Positions 1-8,408 of a DNA stretch of 26,211 nt are shown here, one piece after another (the stretch's first letter is position 1; every line of letters starts with the position of its first letter). A program made the translations under genes and the position numbers. The notes under the pieces are model-generated. The model had not been told where the DNA came from. It worked only from the letters and a program-made list of their open reading frames with translations, and made no database searches. The stretch spans positions 1 through 26,211 of IMG/VR virus record IMGVR_UViG_3300037243_000077; one strand, given 5' to 3'. The stretch comes from a virus. Taxonomy: Duplodnaviria > Caudoviricetes.

Positions 1-264
1 ATTGAGAGTGTAGAGTATGCTGGTGAGCAGTCGAGTCTGGTGACGGAGAGTGTGCTCGATATGGCCTAATGTTTTCTCAATCTCGGCGGAATGGTCATGA
101 TGGCTAGGTGAATGGCCACTGTGTTCAATACGTTCGGGATGCTCTGGCTCGGGTTCGTATTCCGGATGGTCGTGCTTGTTGTACTCGTGACGGGACATTC
201 CCTGTGTATACCCCCTCTAGTTGCTATTGTAGTCCAATTGTGAAATCGGTGGTATGCTAATTTC

Positions 265-618
265 ATGTCGGTGAGTCAGGCCAATCTCGGCACCCTCTAC
301 CTGTCCCCTTACAACTACATAAAGTGGACTCAACCCGGAGGGCCGTTCACGACAGTCTATCCGCAGGAAGAGAACTCTATTTACAATCCCCCTCAGAACC
401 CTATTCCGCCCGGCCAATTTTTCTGCGAAGCGACCGGATTGTGGGTAGCTGGATGTGGCCATTTTTATGACTGTGCTCACATATTTATGGATCAGGATTC
501 TGACACCTCTGTACTAGCTGCGGTGGGGTGTTGTCCCTTGTGCAGCTACATACAATTTATTATCAGCCCATACTCGGACATTTCAGATACCAACAAATAT
601 CCTATTCTCATATCATGA
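265..618 (+). CDS. Hypothetical phage protein with Cys/His motifs (possible Zn ribbon); last gene of a plus-strand unit
   Basis: 117-aa ORF with GCGH and CCPLC motifs; converges on the minus-strand operon. Confidence 0.65.
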   Translation: MSVSQANLGTLYLSPYNYIKWTQPGGPFTTVYPQEENSIYNPPQNPIPPGQFFCEATGLWVAGCGHFYDCAHIFMDQDSDTSVLAAVGCCPLCSYIQFIISPYSDISDTNKYPILIS

Positions 619-658
619 ACTCTGCACTAATGCCGCAGTGATAGGCAAATTCTTCGAG

Positions 659-850
659 CTGTCCCATAGCCAATTTGATGCTCCCAGCGTGGAACGCTGG
701 GATTCTTTCGACCCTTGCTTGGTTGTTACGCATAAGCAGGTATCTCCAGAGAGGGCGTCACCAAAACAGCCCCGCTCAGGCTCACTGAGTCCTGAGTGCC
801 GCTCATAGATACGCTCTCCGCACCACGCTTGGCGATGTTGAAAGCGGCGT
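659..850 (-). ncRNA. Predicted TnpB omega/reRNA: scaffold over the tnpB 3' end and right end, guide from flanking DNA (ATTGGCTATGGGACAG)
   Basis: Inferred from established TnpB biology; extra hairpin cgctcagg/cctgagtg at ~773-798; 5' boundary is a guess. Confidence 0.6.
682..702 (-). repeat. IS right-end subterminal hairpin (TnpA binding site)
   Basis: Perfect 9-bp inverted repeat tcccagcgt-gga-acgctggga. Confidence 0.9.
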
Positions 851-1841
851 TGGCATCTCTATGGTCGGTGTGTCCGCAGTACTCACAAACATACTTTTTG
901 CCGTTTGGAGTGTTCCGCTGTCCGCAACGAGAGCAGTTCTGCGATGTGTACGCAGGGTTGACTGTCGCTACGATAATGCCGTGCAAAGCCGCCTTATACT
1001 GAATGAAACTCAGCAGTTGGTAGAAAGCCCACTGAGACTTTTCGACATAGCCACGGATTTTGCTCTTAGGCTTGCGAACAGACTCAAGGTTCTCTACGAC
1101 AACCATGCGGTGATGTTTTACGGCATAGGAAACTATTTGCTTGGACACGATGTGATTTTCGTGTGTTGTTCGTCGTGATTGTTTACGGCTCAAGTGGCGA
1201 AGGGTACGACGAAAACCCTTGCTCTTGAGATTTGCTCTCCTGCGTCTCCAGTTGTACTTGGTAGCCGCTGGATTGAAACCAAGGTGCAGCACTTTACCAT
1301 TCTGAGGGTCTGCCATGACTGCAACATTGCCTACAGAATTGCGGTCTACTCCGATGACCCCTTCCACATCTACCAACTCATGAGCAGGTGTGTTGTAGCA
1401 GATTGACGCCAGCCACACTCCTTTGCGTTTGAAGAACTCAATACTGCGAACAAAACCGTGGACTGGCTTGGGGAACACAACAGGAAGAACCTCTTTCTTG
1501 AACAATGCGGGAATCCTGAGTCCTGTTTTCTCCAGTTTGATTTGCTTACCCTTGTCACCGCAGATAGGCAGGACAACGTTGGAAACGGTAACCAGTTTCT
1601 CGTTACGCTGGTACTTGGCGATGAGAGATTTCGCTATGACGCAGGGAATCTCTGGGTAATACTTAGATGAGGAGCACTCACGCAAATGGAGCATACGAGG
1701 CAAGCAATCCTTCCTAACCCGAACCAGAAGGCTATCGAGTACGGCAGTAAACGCATCGGGAATGCGGACTTTAGTACAAGTAGCCACTGTGTCCACAGGC
1801 TTATCTACCACGTTGTGTTTGTGACCAAGTTTCGCCGCCAT
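726..1841 (-). CDS. tnpB: TnpB RNA-guided endonuclease (~371 aa)
   Basis: RuvC-I GVDRN, RuvC-II VVVENL, Zn finger TSQNCSRCG...CEYCG, RuvC-III RDANAAFNI all intact. Start placed at ATG 1841 because GAGGAGGT lies 6 nt upstream; alternatives are GTG 1796/1787 or ATG 1694. Confidence 0.92.
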   Translation of the reverse strand: MAAKLGHKHNVVDKPVDTVATCTKVRIPDAFTAVLDSLLVRVRKDCLPRMLHLRECSSSKYYPEIPCVIAKSLIAKYQRNEKLVTVSNVVLPICGDKGKQIKLEKTGLRIPALFKKEVLPVVFPKPVHGFVRSIEFFKRKGVWLASICYNTPAHELVDVEGVIGVDRNSVGNVAVMADPQNGKVLHLGFNPAATKYNWRRRRANLKSKGFRRTLRHLSRKQSRRTTHENHIVSKQIVSYAVKHHRMVVVENLESVRKPKSKIRGYVEKSQWAFYQLLSFIQYKAALHGIIVATVNPAYTSQNCSRCGQRNTPNGKKYVCEYCGHTDHRDANAAFNIAKRGAESVSMSGTQDSVSLSGAVLVTPSLEIPAYA

Positions 1842-2168
1842 GTGTTTACCTCCTCTCGATTGAACTATTTGCTTGCTCTGTTCCCACGCATCTGCTCTCA
1901 CTACCAGTACAGGCTCATCGAAGTGAACGGGGAGAGCGACCACATCCACTTGCTTATCGAATGCCCACCAACTGCTTCTCTGTCGTCCGTAGTTGGCAGA
2001 CTCAAGCACATCTCAGCCAAGTTCTTTCTCAAACGCTACGGTGCCCAATGTTGGGGCAACCACAAACACACTCTGTGGAACTCTGGATACTTTGTCGCAT
2101 CCACAGGTGGTGTAACTCTCGAAGTCCTCAAGAAGTACGTAGAGAATCAAGGTCAAAGCCGCTCCTAA
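1686..2168 (+). CDS. tnpA: TnpA Y1 HUH transposase (IS200-type)
   Basis: HCVHRLIYHVVFVTKFRR, HUH motif DHIHLL, LWNSGYF, catalytic Tyr in KKYVENQ; GAGGAG at 1669-1674. Confidence 0.96.
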   Translation: MEHTRQAILPNPNQKAIEYGSKRIGNADFSTSSHCVHRLIYHVVFVTKFRRHVFTSSRLNYLLALFPRICSHYQYRLIEVNGESDHIHLLIECPPTASLSSVVGRLKHISAKFFLKRYGAQCWGNHKHTLWNSGYFVASTGGVTLEVLKKYVENQGQSRS

Positions 2169-2187
2169 CCCACCGCAAAGCGGCGGG
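2169..2187 (-). repeat. IS left-end subterminal hairpin
   Basis: ccc-a-ccgc-aaa-gcgg-c-ggg imperfect hairpin directly after the tnpA stop. Confidence 0.8.
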
Positions 2188-2197
2188 ATTGTGTCGC

Positions 2198-2503
2198 TCA
2201 ACTACCGTTCATATTTCTCTGCTGTTCTATGTCAGTTGACCACTTACAGTTCTCTTTGTAATACCCCTTTGTACCATCAATTCGGTCTATGGTTTTGTCG
2301 CGGGGCCGCTCCCCCATATCTGCTAAAAATTTGGCAAAACTGCGCCAGCGCTCACAGACCGTAATTCCTACCCCGCCATACATATAAAACTTGGCGTTCT
2401 TGGGGTTATTACACCGTTGAAGTATATCAGCCCACGTTGTATAGGTCGGGGATCGCCCCTTCGCGGGGGAATGCCCATGAAACGTGTAATGGAGGCGCGG
2501 CAT
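2198..2503 (-). CDS. HNH-type endonuclease-like protein
   Basis: TYTTW...QRCNNP...YGGVGITVCERW...F.ADMGERP...TIDRID...Y.KENC.W...QQRN is a typical phage HNH-like pattern; start moved to ATG 2503. Confidence 0.85.
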   Translation of the reverse strand: MPRLHYTFHGHSPAKGRSPTYTTWADILQRCNNPKNAKFYMYGGVGITVCERWRSFAKFLADMGERPRDKTIDRIDGTKGYYKENCKWSTDIEQQRNMNGS

Positions 2504-2511
2504 TAGACCCT

Positions 2512-3069
2512 CTAGACCTTCACTGCAGGAGGTGCTACAGCCTGCGGGACTATAGCTCCCCAATCGGTACTCAGCAAGCTGGTGATTGCCATCTCTGCCA
2601 CGTCCTGAATGGTTTCACCGAGACTCTTCTGAGCTGACTCCGACCACGGAATAAGCATCTCAATCACATCGGGCGACAGTATAATTTTGGCCTCAATCAT
2701 CCCGTTGGCTAATTTCCGGATATTACTATCAATCCCCACAGCCTCGGCTATCTCCGGCGCTACCTGTTTAGCGATAATTCGGAGTTTAGCTAACTCATCT
2801 GGAGTGAGGGCGTTTATAAGTTCACCGAGAGCCTCAATGTCGGAGTCGGTAGGGATGGATGTAGATGTAGATGTGGATGCATTGACGGGCGCTTGAGGCT
2901 CAGACACCTCTTCAACCACAACTGTTCTTGTGTCCGGTTTGTGGGGGGGTATCACTTCTTTCGTCACCTCAATATACTCGATATTGAATTTGCCGTCAGT
3001 GGCAGGGGATGGTGTAGGTTCGGGCTTGTACGGAGGGTCGAGTGGATTAACGTATTTGTGGGCTACCAT
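2512..3069 (-). CDS. Hypothetical phage protein
   Basis: ATG 3069 preceded by AAAGGAG; Pro/Thr-rich N-terminus and helical C-terminus. Confidence 0.65.
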   Translation of the reverse strand: MVAHKYVNPLDPPYKPEPTPSPATDGKFNIEYIEVTKEVIPPHKPDTRTVVVEEVSEPQAPVNASTSTSTSIPTDSDIEALGELINALTPDELAKLRIIAKQVAPEIAEAVGIDSNIRKLANGMIEAKIILSPDVIEMLIPWSESAQKSLGETIQDVAEMAITSLLSTDWGAIVPQAVAPPAVKV

Positions 3070-3085
3070 TACAGTTGATACTCCT

Positions 3086-3289
3086 TTATCTGGATGTGGA
3101 TTTGCGTTTGTGAATATATTTGCCGCCCTTACGCAACCTTTTCGACCTCTCCATACTATAAGCCATCCCCGCCGCCTGACTACCACTCTTACCCTCGCGT
3201 CTGAGTACGGCTATTTTGTCGGATATGCGGGACTTGGCGGCGCGGGATTTGATAGCGGGGCGGTGGCGACTGTGACGTGATTTACGCAT
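3086..3289 (-). CDS. Small, highly basic phage protein
   Basis: AGGAGG SD; K/R-rich; ISDKIAVLRREGK..SQAAGMAYS resembles a common phage motif. Confidence 0.7.
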   Translation of the reverse strand: MRKSRHSRHRPAIKSRAAKSRISDKIAVLRREGKSGSQAAGMAYSMERSKRLRKGGKYIHKRKSTSR

Positions 3290-3330
3290 ATTAGTATCCT
3301 CCTGTACACCTGCCCCGCTATTCTACTACT

Positions 3331-3771
3331 CTATCTGTCTTCCTTACCCTTTCGAATGTCAAGGTAAGTGCTCGGGCTCCCAATGACCGTAGCCTTGGCT
3401 ATTTGGTCGGGCGTCACGCCCTGTGAGATGAGTAGTTCGGGCAGGATTTTCTTCGAGCCCTTTTTCTCGACCATGCCCAACTTGTACCCGGCGCACGACA
3501 CCTTTGCCTTGCCCGACATGAGTATGGCAGCGGTTATGGCGTCTTTCAATTCCGACTGTTTAGACTCTCTGAACTCAATCTCGGATTTCAAGCGTCCATA
3601 TTCCTCTACCAGTTGATCGAAATACAGTACCTTGGCGGGGGCCGAGACAGATGTCTGGGGCAGAGTATAGCCGTAGTCGGTCAGTTCTGGTACTGTCGCC
3701 CAATCAGTTACCGCACTATTAGCGGACTGCTGATATTCAGCGGCTAATTTGGCTTGTTCTGATAGTGTCAT
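3331..3771 (-). CDS. Hypothetical coiled-coil phage protein
   Basis: GGAAGG SD; heptad region YGRLKSEIEFRESKQSELKDAI. Confidence 0.7.
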   Translation of the reverse strand: MTLSEQAKLAAEYQQSANSAVTDWATVPELTDYGYTLPQTSVSAPAKVLYFDQLVEEYGRLKSEIEFRESKQSELKDAITAAILMSGKAKVSCAGYKLGMVEKKGSKKILPELLISQGVTPDQIAKATVIGSPSTYLDIRKGKEDR

Positions 3772-3804
3772 AATAGTTATACCTTCCCTCTCGATAGTAA
3801 CGGT

Positions 3805-4200
3805 TTAGTTACGTGATTGTTTATTCGCTGCCTTGCTGATCTCTCGTTGTATAGCTCGGCGTTGGCGGCGGGATAATAGCGGGAATTTGACCGCTAGAGT
3901 TGTCAGCACAGGAGCTACCTTACCCTTGGCATCGGGATCGTGAGCGTGCACTGTATACTTCCGGCTCTCCTCAAGCTCTTTCACCAGCCCCCGCTGCCGA
4001 TCTTTCCATCTACACACACCCGCATCCATAGGCATCGGCATCGGCACGTCTACTACAACTTCTGTGCCCGTGTCCTTGGCTATCTGACGCATCGCAGTCA
4101 ACAGCTTTTCACTGCCTCCTGCTACCAGTATCGCCACTCTCGGTTCAACTATCGGCGGGCTGTCAGTTTTGTAGTCGTGCGAGAAATTGTCGTCAATCAT
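3805..4200 (-). CDS. Hypothetical protein
   Basis: ATGA-coupled to upstream ORF; basic C-terminus SRRQRRA. Confidence 0.65.
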   Translation of the reverse strand: MIDDNFSHDYKTDSPPIVEPRVAILVAGGSEKLLTAMRQIAKDTGTEVVVDVPMPMPMDAGVCRWKDRQRGLVKELEESRKYTVHAHDPDAKGKVAPVLTTLAVKFPLLSRRQRRAIQREISKAANKQSRN

Positions 4201-4430
4201 TTGCCCCGCCCCCTCTCTATCTCATCTCCCTTCACCATAGCCTTGTCTGTCACTGGCGACCCGCCACACACCTCACAAATCGCAGTCATTGACTCCTCAT
4301 CATAACTACCCTCTACAAAACACTCCGGGCACACGTCACTGTGACATTTTATACAGTGCGGGTATGACTCATACTCTTGCCCTCGCACGCCGCAGAGATC
4401 GCAAATGAAAGCAAACTTGACCAGAGCCAT
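4197..4430 (-). CDS. Small multi-CxxC zinc-binding protein
   Basis: CDLC, CIKC, CPEC, CEVC. Confidence 0.7.
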   Translation of the reverse strand: MALVKFAFICDLCGVRGQEYESYPHCIKCHSDVCPECFVEGSYDEESMTAICEVCGGSPVTDKAMVKGDEIERGRGK

Positions 4431-4431
4431 A

Positions 4432-4632
4432 CTAGTTGCACCCTCCCCTTCCCCGCCCCGTCCACTCAGGATACTGTTGAGCTATGCCTATTGCGTTCTG
4501 GTAGCCGTAGTCGATACAGAATCTCAACCCCTTAGATTCCAAGAATATGCACGCCATGTCTTGCTCGATGGTCGTGGGTAAGCCACCGAGATTAGCCCAT
4601 ATCTCACAATAGTCACTCTTGGCTGACATCAT
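4432..4632 (-). CDS. Hypothetical protein
   Basis: 66-aa ORF coupled to both neighbours. Confidence 0.6.
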   Translation of the reverse strand: MMSAKSDYCEIWANLGGLPTTIEQDMACIFLESKGLRFCIDYGYQNAIGIAQQYPEWTGRGRGGCN

Positions 4633-4967
4633 AATTCTTCACCCGCAAGCGTCATGCGGATCACCCCGTTGGCCCAGGATTCCACTAGCAATGTGTCGCC
4701 CTCTCGAAGTCCACAAACGTCAGTAACAGCTTTGGGGATCGTCATCACGAGGCTATAACTTTTACACCCTCTAGCCCCCATAGTCCTCACTGTCGCTGTC
4801 CTGACGACTGTGGGACGGGTCGAGACAGGGAATGGAGACAGGTCTATAGCGTCGGCGGGGGTCGGGGAGGGGGTAATGTCATCCACGCTGTCTATGGCCG
4901 TCTCAGACCCCTCCGCGACTATTCCAGACTGTCCAGACGGAATCGAATTGTTATCGGGATCGTTCAT
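4629..4967 (-). CDS. AbrB/MazE/SpoVT-type DNA-binding protein, probably leaderless
   Basis: C-terminal SLVMTIPKAV...GLREGDTL swapped-hairpin motif; ATG 4967 lies 7 nt after a -10 box. Confidence 0.8.
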   Translation of the reverse strand: MNDPDNNSIPSGQSGIVAEGSETAIDSVDDITPSPTPADAIDLSPFPVSTRPTVVRTATVRTMGARGCKSYSLVMTIPKAVTDVCGLREGDTLLVESWANGVIRMTLAGEEL

Positions 4968-4974
4968 GTCACGG

Positions 4975-5003
4975 ATTATTGCCCTGAGTATGACTATTGT
5001 CAA
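4975..5003 (-). promoter_or_regulatory. Sigma70-type promoter
   Basis: TTGACA-17 nt-AATAAT with AT-rich upstream DNA. Confidence 0.75.
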
Positions 5004-5050
5004 GGAAAAAAATAACTATTTGTGAATATAAATGTAGATAATGGCTATAG

Positions 5051-5473
5051 TCATGGAAATGTCACATCCCCTTCCCCATCTCCCACACCCCCTATATCCT
5101 CCCCCCACCCGAGCCCCTCATCCACCACCTCTACTACCCCGTTCGAGAAATAATCATTCCATTCACGCCTTCTCGCCGGTTCCACCACGTTAGTCACAAA
5201 CCACTTGGCTCGATTAGACCAGAACCCATGTACACTGTGATCCAATACCTGTAAATTCTTCCTCGACCAGTCTAATTTGCTCCCAATGTGGTTGACATCT
5301 TCTGCCTTCAACAACTTTCTACCGAGGTACTGCAACTCCATCTTTACGATATGCACATATTTGTTCCGATACGGCCCCGCGTGAAACCTCGGATACCCCT
5401 TAGTAGACAAATGCCACAGCCTCTTATACCTACCTGTACGACTATCGCGGGCAGATGTCGATACCTTGGGCAT
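5051..5473 (-). CDS. HNH endonuclease-like protein with acidic tail
   Basis: KGYP...YVHIVKME..LGRKL...EDVNH...KLDW...NL....HSVH. Confidence 0.7.
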   Translation of the reverse strand: MPKVSTSARDSRTGRYKRLWHLSTKGYPRFHAGPYRNKYVHIVKMELQYLGRKLLKAEDVNHIGSKLDWSRKNLQVLDHSVHGFWSNRAKWFVTNVVEPARRREWNDYFSNGVVEVVDEGLGWGEDIGGVGDGEGDVTFP

Positions 5474-5485
5474 GTCAGACTATTA

Positions 5486-5980
5486 CTATCGGTGTCCATA
5501 CTTCAAGCAATTGTCAATCTCTACTGCCGGATTATCTCCAATCGGGGGATTAAATCCGTAGAAATATATAGAATCGGCAATGTTGAAATTACATAATGCC
5601 AAGTTCTCCATTCTAGTCTCTCTATCCCCCCAATTTTTACCCTCAGTCGGATACGGGTAGTTGCTATTCAGATGGATAAACAAGGTGTCATACTTCCGTC
5701 CATAGACTAGGCAGGGGTCTCTCACCCCCTTGTGGTTCTTTACACAAATAGCTTCGTCATATAACACTTGCCGAGCTTTGACGTAGTCACTTTCCCACAC
5801 CTTAGCGGCCTCCGCGTATGGGTCAACGGCTACACTTGGCAGGGCACCGGAAGTGAAATACCGAATTTGGCTACGCTCGTGAACCCCGAAACTGACAGCC
5901 ACCGCCACTACAATCGAGACAACCGCGATAGTTGATTTCACCGTAATCCCCCCCCTCCTCATCTCTCTTATCCTCTCCAT
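5486..5980 (-). CDS. Membrane-anchored or exported hypothetical protein
   Basis: Hydrophobic stretch STIAVVSIVVAVAVSFGV near the N-terminus; start uncertain (5980, 5962 or later). Confidence 0.6.
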   Translation of the reverse strand: MERIREMRRGGITVKSTIAVVSIVVAVAVSFGVHERSQIRYFTSGALPSVAVDPYAEAAKVWESDYVKARQVLYDEAICVKNHKGVRDPCLVYGRKYDTLFIHLNSNYPYPTEGKNWGDRETRMENLALCNFNIADSIYFYGFNPPIGDNPAVEIDNCLKYGHR

Positions 5981-6300
5981 TTAGCTTTCTTGCCTATTAC
6001 CTTTTTAGGCCCGATCCCCAACTCCTTCAGTCTCTCCTCTACCTCTACATCTGTCATCCCCGATACACTGTCAACGTCAAATAACATCATCAACCCCCCT
6101 CCTGCAGTCTCTATCCTCTCCAATACCCTCAGATTATTGACCAGCACTACTCTATATGCCCATCGAATCTGATCAGCTATAGATGGGGGTATATGGCCGT
6201 CAAATTTCACGTACAGGGGCATGGGCATGGGCATAGACACAATAGTAATTATAGGCTCATCAACACTATCACTAGTCTCAATCAATGCGCTGAGCCCCAA
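5968..6300 (-). CDS. Hypothetical protein
   Basis: ORF directly downstream of the polymerase; true start may be ~6285. Confidence 0.55.
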   Translation of the reverse strand: MGLSALIETSDSVDEPIITIVSMPMPMPLYVKFDGHIPPSIADQIRWAYRVVLVNNLRVLERIETAGGGLMMLFDVDSVSGMTDVEVEERLKELGIGPKKVIGKKAKWRG

Positions 6301-8408
6301 TCTGGCCCAAAGTTACCCTCGGCGGTGATAGGCACTCTCAGTTTAGTCGTAGCTGTAAATGCCCAATTCACAGCCGTCTCCACTAGTGTTCTCATGTCCT
6401 CGTTATCGGGTAGTTCAAAAAGTTTTTCATCGTGTATGACTAAAAGCATCTCTACACCCTTTTCATTCTTCAGCACATCCCAACTAGCCTTCATCGCTCG
6501 CCTCAATATCGCATTCGCTCCAGACTGAATTCTATGCGAATAACTAATCCTCTCAGCCTCTTCTCTAACCTGCCGATTAGGAGACCACACTTGCGGGAGG
6601 TAGCGAATTCGTCCAGCTATACTCTCTCTCGCTATTCCTGTCTGCTGCGCCTCTCTCACACAATCCTGCTGGAATCTACGAATCCCAGGGTACGTAGCAA
6701 ACCATTCCTTAATCAGCATCTCGCAATCATCCTCAGACCACTTGCTTCCGTCTTCTTTGGCCGCGTGATAAAGTACAAGTTGATTGACAAGTCCTTTAGC
6801 TGTCATACCATTGAGTATGCCAAATCCACAAATCTTTCCAGCCTGTCTTTGATGCTTTTCGACCTGATCATATGGCACCGAGAACGCTCTCGCCGCCATC
6901 GTAGTATGTACATCGCCACCATTCCTGTACACTTTCATCATCGTTTCGTCGCGGGATTCGTGAGCGGCCAGCTTCATTTCGATTTGTACTAAATCCGAGT
7001 CATACAATACCTTCCCCTCGGGGGCTACAAATCCGTATCTACACCTCTCTCCCAATTTCGACCTTACCGGGATCGCAAGTAAATTTGGATTAACCGCAGA
7101 AAACCTCCCCGTTGCCGTTCTGGTGTATTTGATCTGGCATCGAACCCTTCCGTCTCCCGCCTGTGATGCCTCTCGCAGCGGTACAACATAGGTTCCTAGC
7201 ACTTTCGCAGCCTCTCTGTAATCCGCAACAAACTCAACTATCGGGGACTCGGCTAGCAACGCCTGCAAACACTTATCGCCCGTGCTACCCCTAGAATCCT
7301 CACCGCTCTCTCCCCCCTCAGTCCACATCGGCGGCACCAGTCCCAATCCTCCCTTATCCTTTGGGCCGTACAATAAGTCGGCTACCTGATCCCCGCTGTT
7401 AGGGTTAATCTCCCTGCCCGTAGCCTGAAATATTTTATACTGAGCCTTACTCATTTGCGCCTGACAATCCCTTTCGATCTCGTCCCAGAACATTAAAGGC
7501 GCAAGCTGTATTCCGACCTTTTTCATACGATAGAGAACGGGCAGGCAATCATGATCCATTTTCGAGCATTCTTCCAATCCCATAGCTTTGACTTTGGCAA
7601 GCAATATGGGGGTAATTCGCAATTGGGCATCGCTGTCAGCCCCGGCATAGGCAATAGTTTTCTCTAACGGAATATCGTCGAGGGCGGGCTCTGGTATATC
7701 GCCAATGGCGGCTACCACAGGGGCTTTGGCACGGTTGTCCAGCTTGTTCCACCTGTCTCTTGGATCGGTAGCCTCCCCGCCCTTTAACGTCTTGCCACTA
7801 GCTATATCGGACAGGATTCTATTAACTAACTTGGTTACGCCCTGTGCCTTACGGATATGAACCCCATTGCCGTTCTGTTCAATGATAGGATCAGGGTCGG
7901 GCCACGCTCGTACAAATACAGGCTCAGGCACTATCGCTATGGGATTGGGATTCTTCTTAGTTTTACGGGGAGTCTTGACAGGTGCAGGCAGTAACTCAAC
8001 TAGTGGTGCATCCTCAGCCCCCGCCACCCTACAGAGATAGTCCAATGCCAGAGAGTATTGAGTGTCCCCCATGATATCGCTATACTCACTCATTTCCTTA
8101 CCGGCAAGCCTCAGCGCTAAAGCCTTTAGGGACTGCGGCTCGACGCAAAGGTTATATGCCAAAATCATCGTATCGAGCAGCTTGTCATCCTCAATCTCTA
8201 TCCCTATCGCCTCCAGCACGGCCATATCGTGTAGAGCAAAATGAAGGCTTACGGTCACGCTCGACGACTTCAGCCAATTGCGAAACTTAGCAACGGCCTC
8301 TGCATCGTCGGCACGGATCACGTACCCGCTACCCGAAGCCAGAGAGAATTGTAGTGAAAAGGGACGGTCTGTAGAACCTTCCGTATCACAACCGATAATT
8401 AGAGTCAT
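6282..8408 (-). CDS. Family A DNA polymerase with 3'-5' exonuclease domain
   Basis: ExoI CDTEG, ExoIII YAGAD, TATGRFS..NPNL, motif A DLVQIE, motif B RQAGK..FG, motif C IHDE. ATG 8408 overlaps the HNH stop (ATGA) with GGAG upstream; frame open to at least 8438. Confidence 0.96.
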   Translation of the reverse strand: MTLIIGCDTEGSTDRPFSLQFSLASGSGYVIRADDAEAVAKFRNWLKSSSVTVSLHFALHDMAVLEAIGIEIEDDKLLDTMILAYNLCVEPQSLKALALRLAGKEMSEYSDIMGDTQYSLALDYLCRVAGAEDAPLVELLPAPVKTPRKTKKNPNPIAIVPEPVFVRAWPDPDPIIEQNGNGVHIRKAQGVTKLVNRILSDIASGKTLKGGEATDPRDRWNKLDNRAKAPVVAAIGDIPEPALDDIPLEKTIAYAGADSDAQLRITPILLAKVKAMGLEECSKMDHDCLPVLYRMKKVGIQLAPLMFWDEIERDCQAQMSKAQYKIFQATGREINPNSGDQVADLLYGPKDKGGLGLVPPMWTEGGESGEDSRGSTGDKCLQALLAESPIVEFVADYREAAKVLGTYVVPLREASQAGDGRVRCQIKYTRTATGRFSAVNPNLLAIPVRSKLGERCRYGFVAPEGKVLYDSDLVQIEMKLAAHESRDETMMKVYRNGGDVHTTMAARAFSVPYDQVEKHQRQAGKICGFGILNGMTAKGLVNQLVLYHAAKEDGSKWSEDDCEMLIKEWFATYPGIRRFQQDCVREAQQTGIARESIAGRIRYLPQVWSPNRQVREEAERISYSHRIQSGANAILRRAMKASWDVLKNEKGVEMLLVIHDEKLFELPDNEDMRTLVETAVNWAFTATTKLRVPITAEGNFGPDWGSAH

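Larger units (their letters stand above)
675..2196 (-). mobile_element. IS200/IS605-family insertion sequence (tnpA + tnpB)
   Basis: Right end on minus strand is GAAT, a hairpin, then ...GCATCAA ending in the canonical TCAA (675-678). Left-end hairpin at 2169-2187, preceded on minus by TTGAG (2201-2197). Left boundary uncertain by about 1 nt. Confidence 0.9.

Noticed and set aside
1-260. Short ORFs on both strands at the window start
   Set aside because: Several competing short frames with no recognisable motif; cannot choose among them
1842-2009. N-terminal 56 aa of the 427-aa tnpB ORF call
   Set aside because: Antisense shadow of the tnpA core; the strong SD points to ATG 1841
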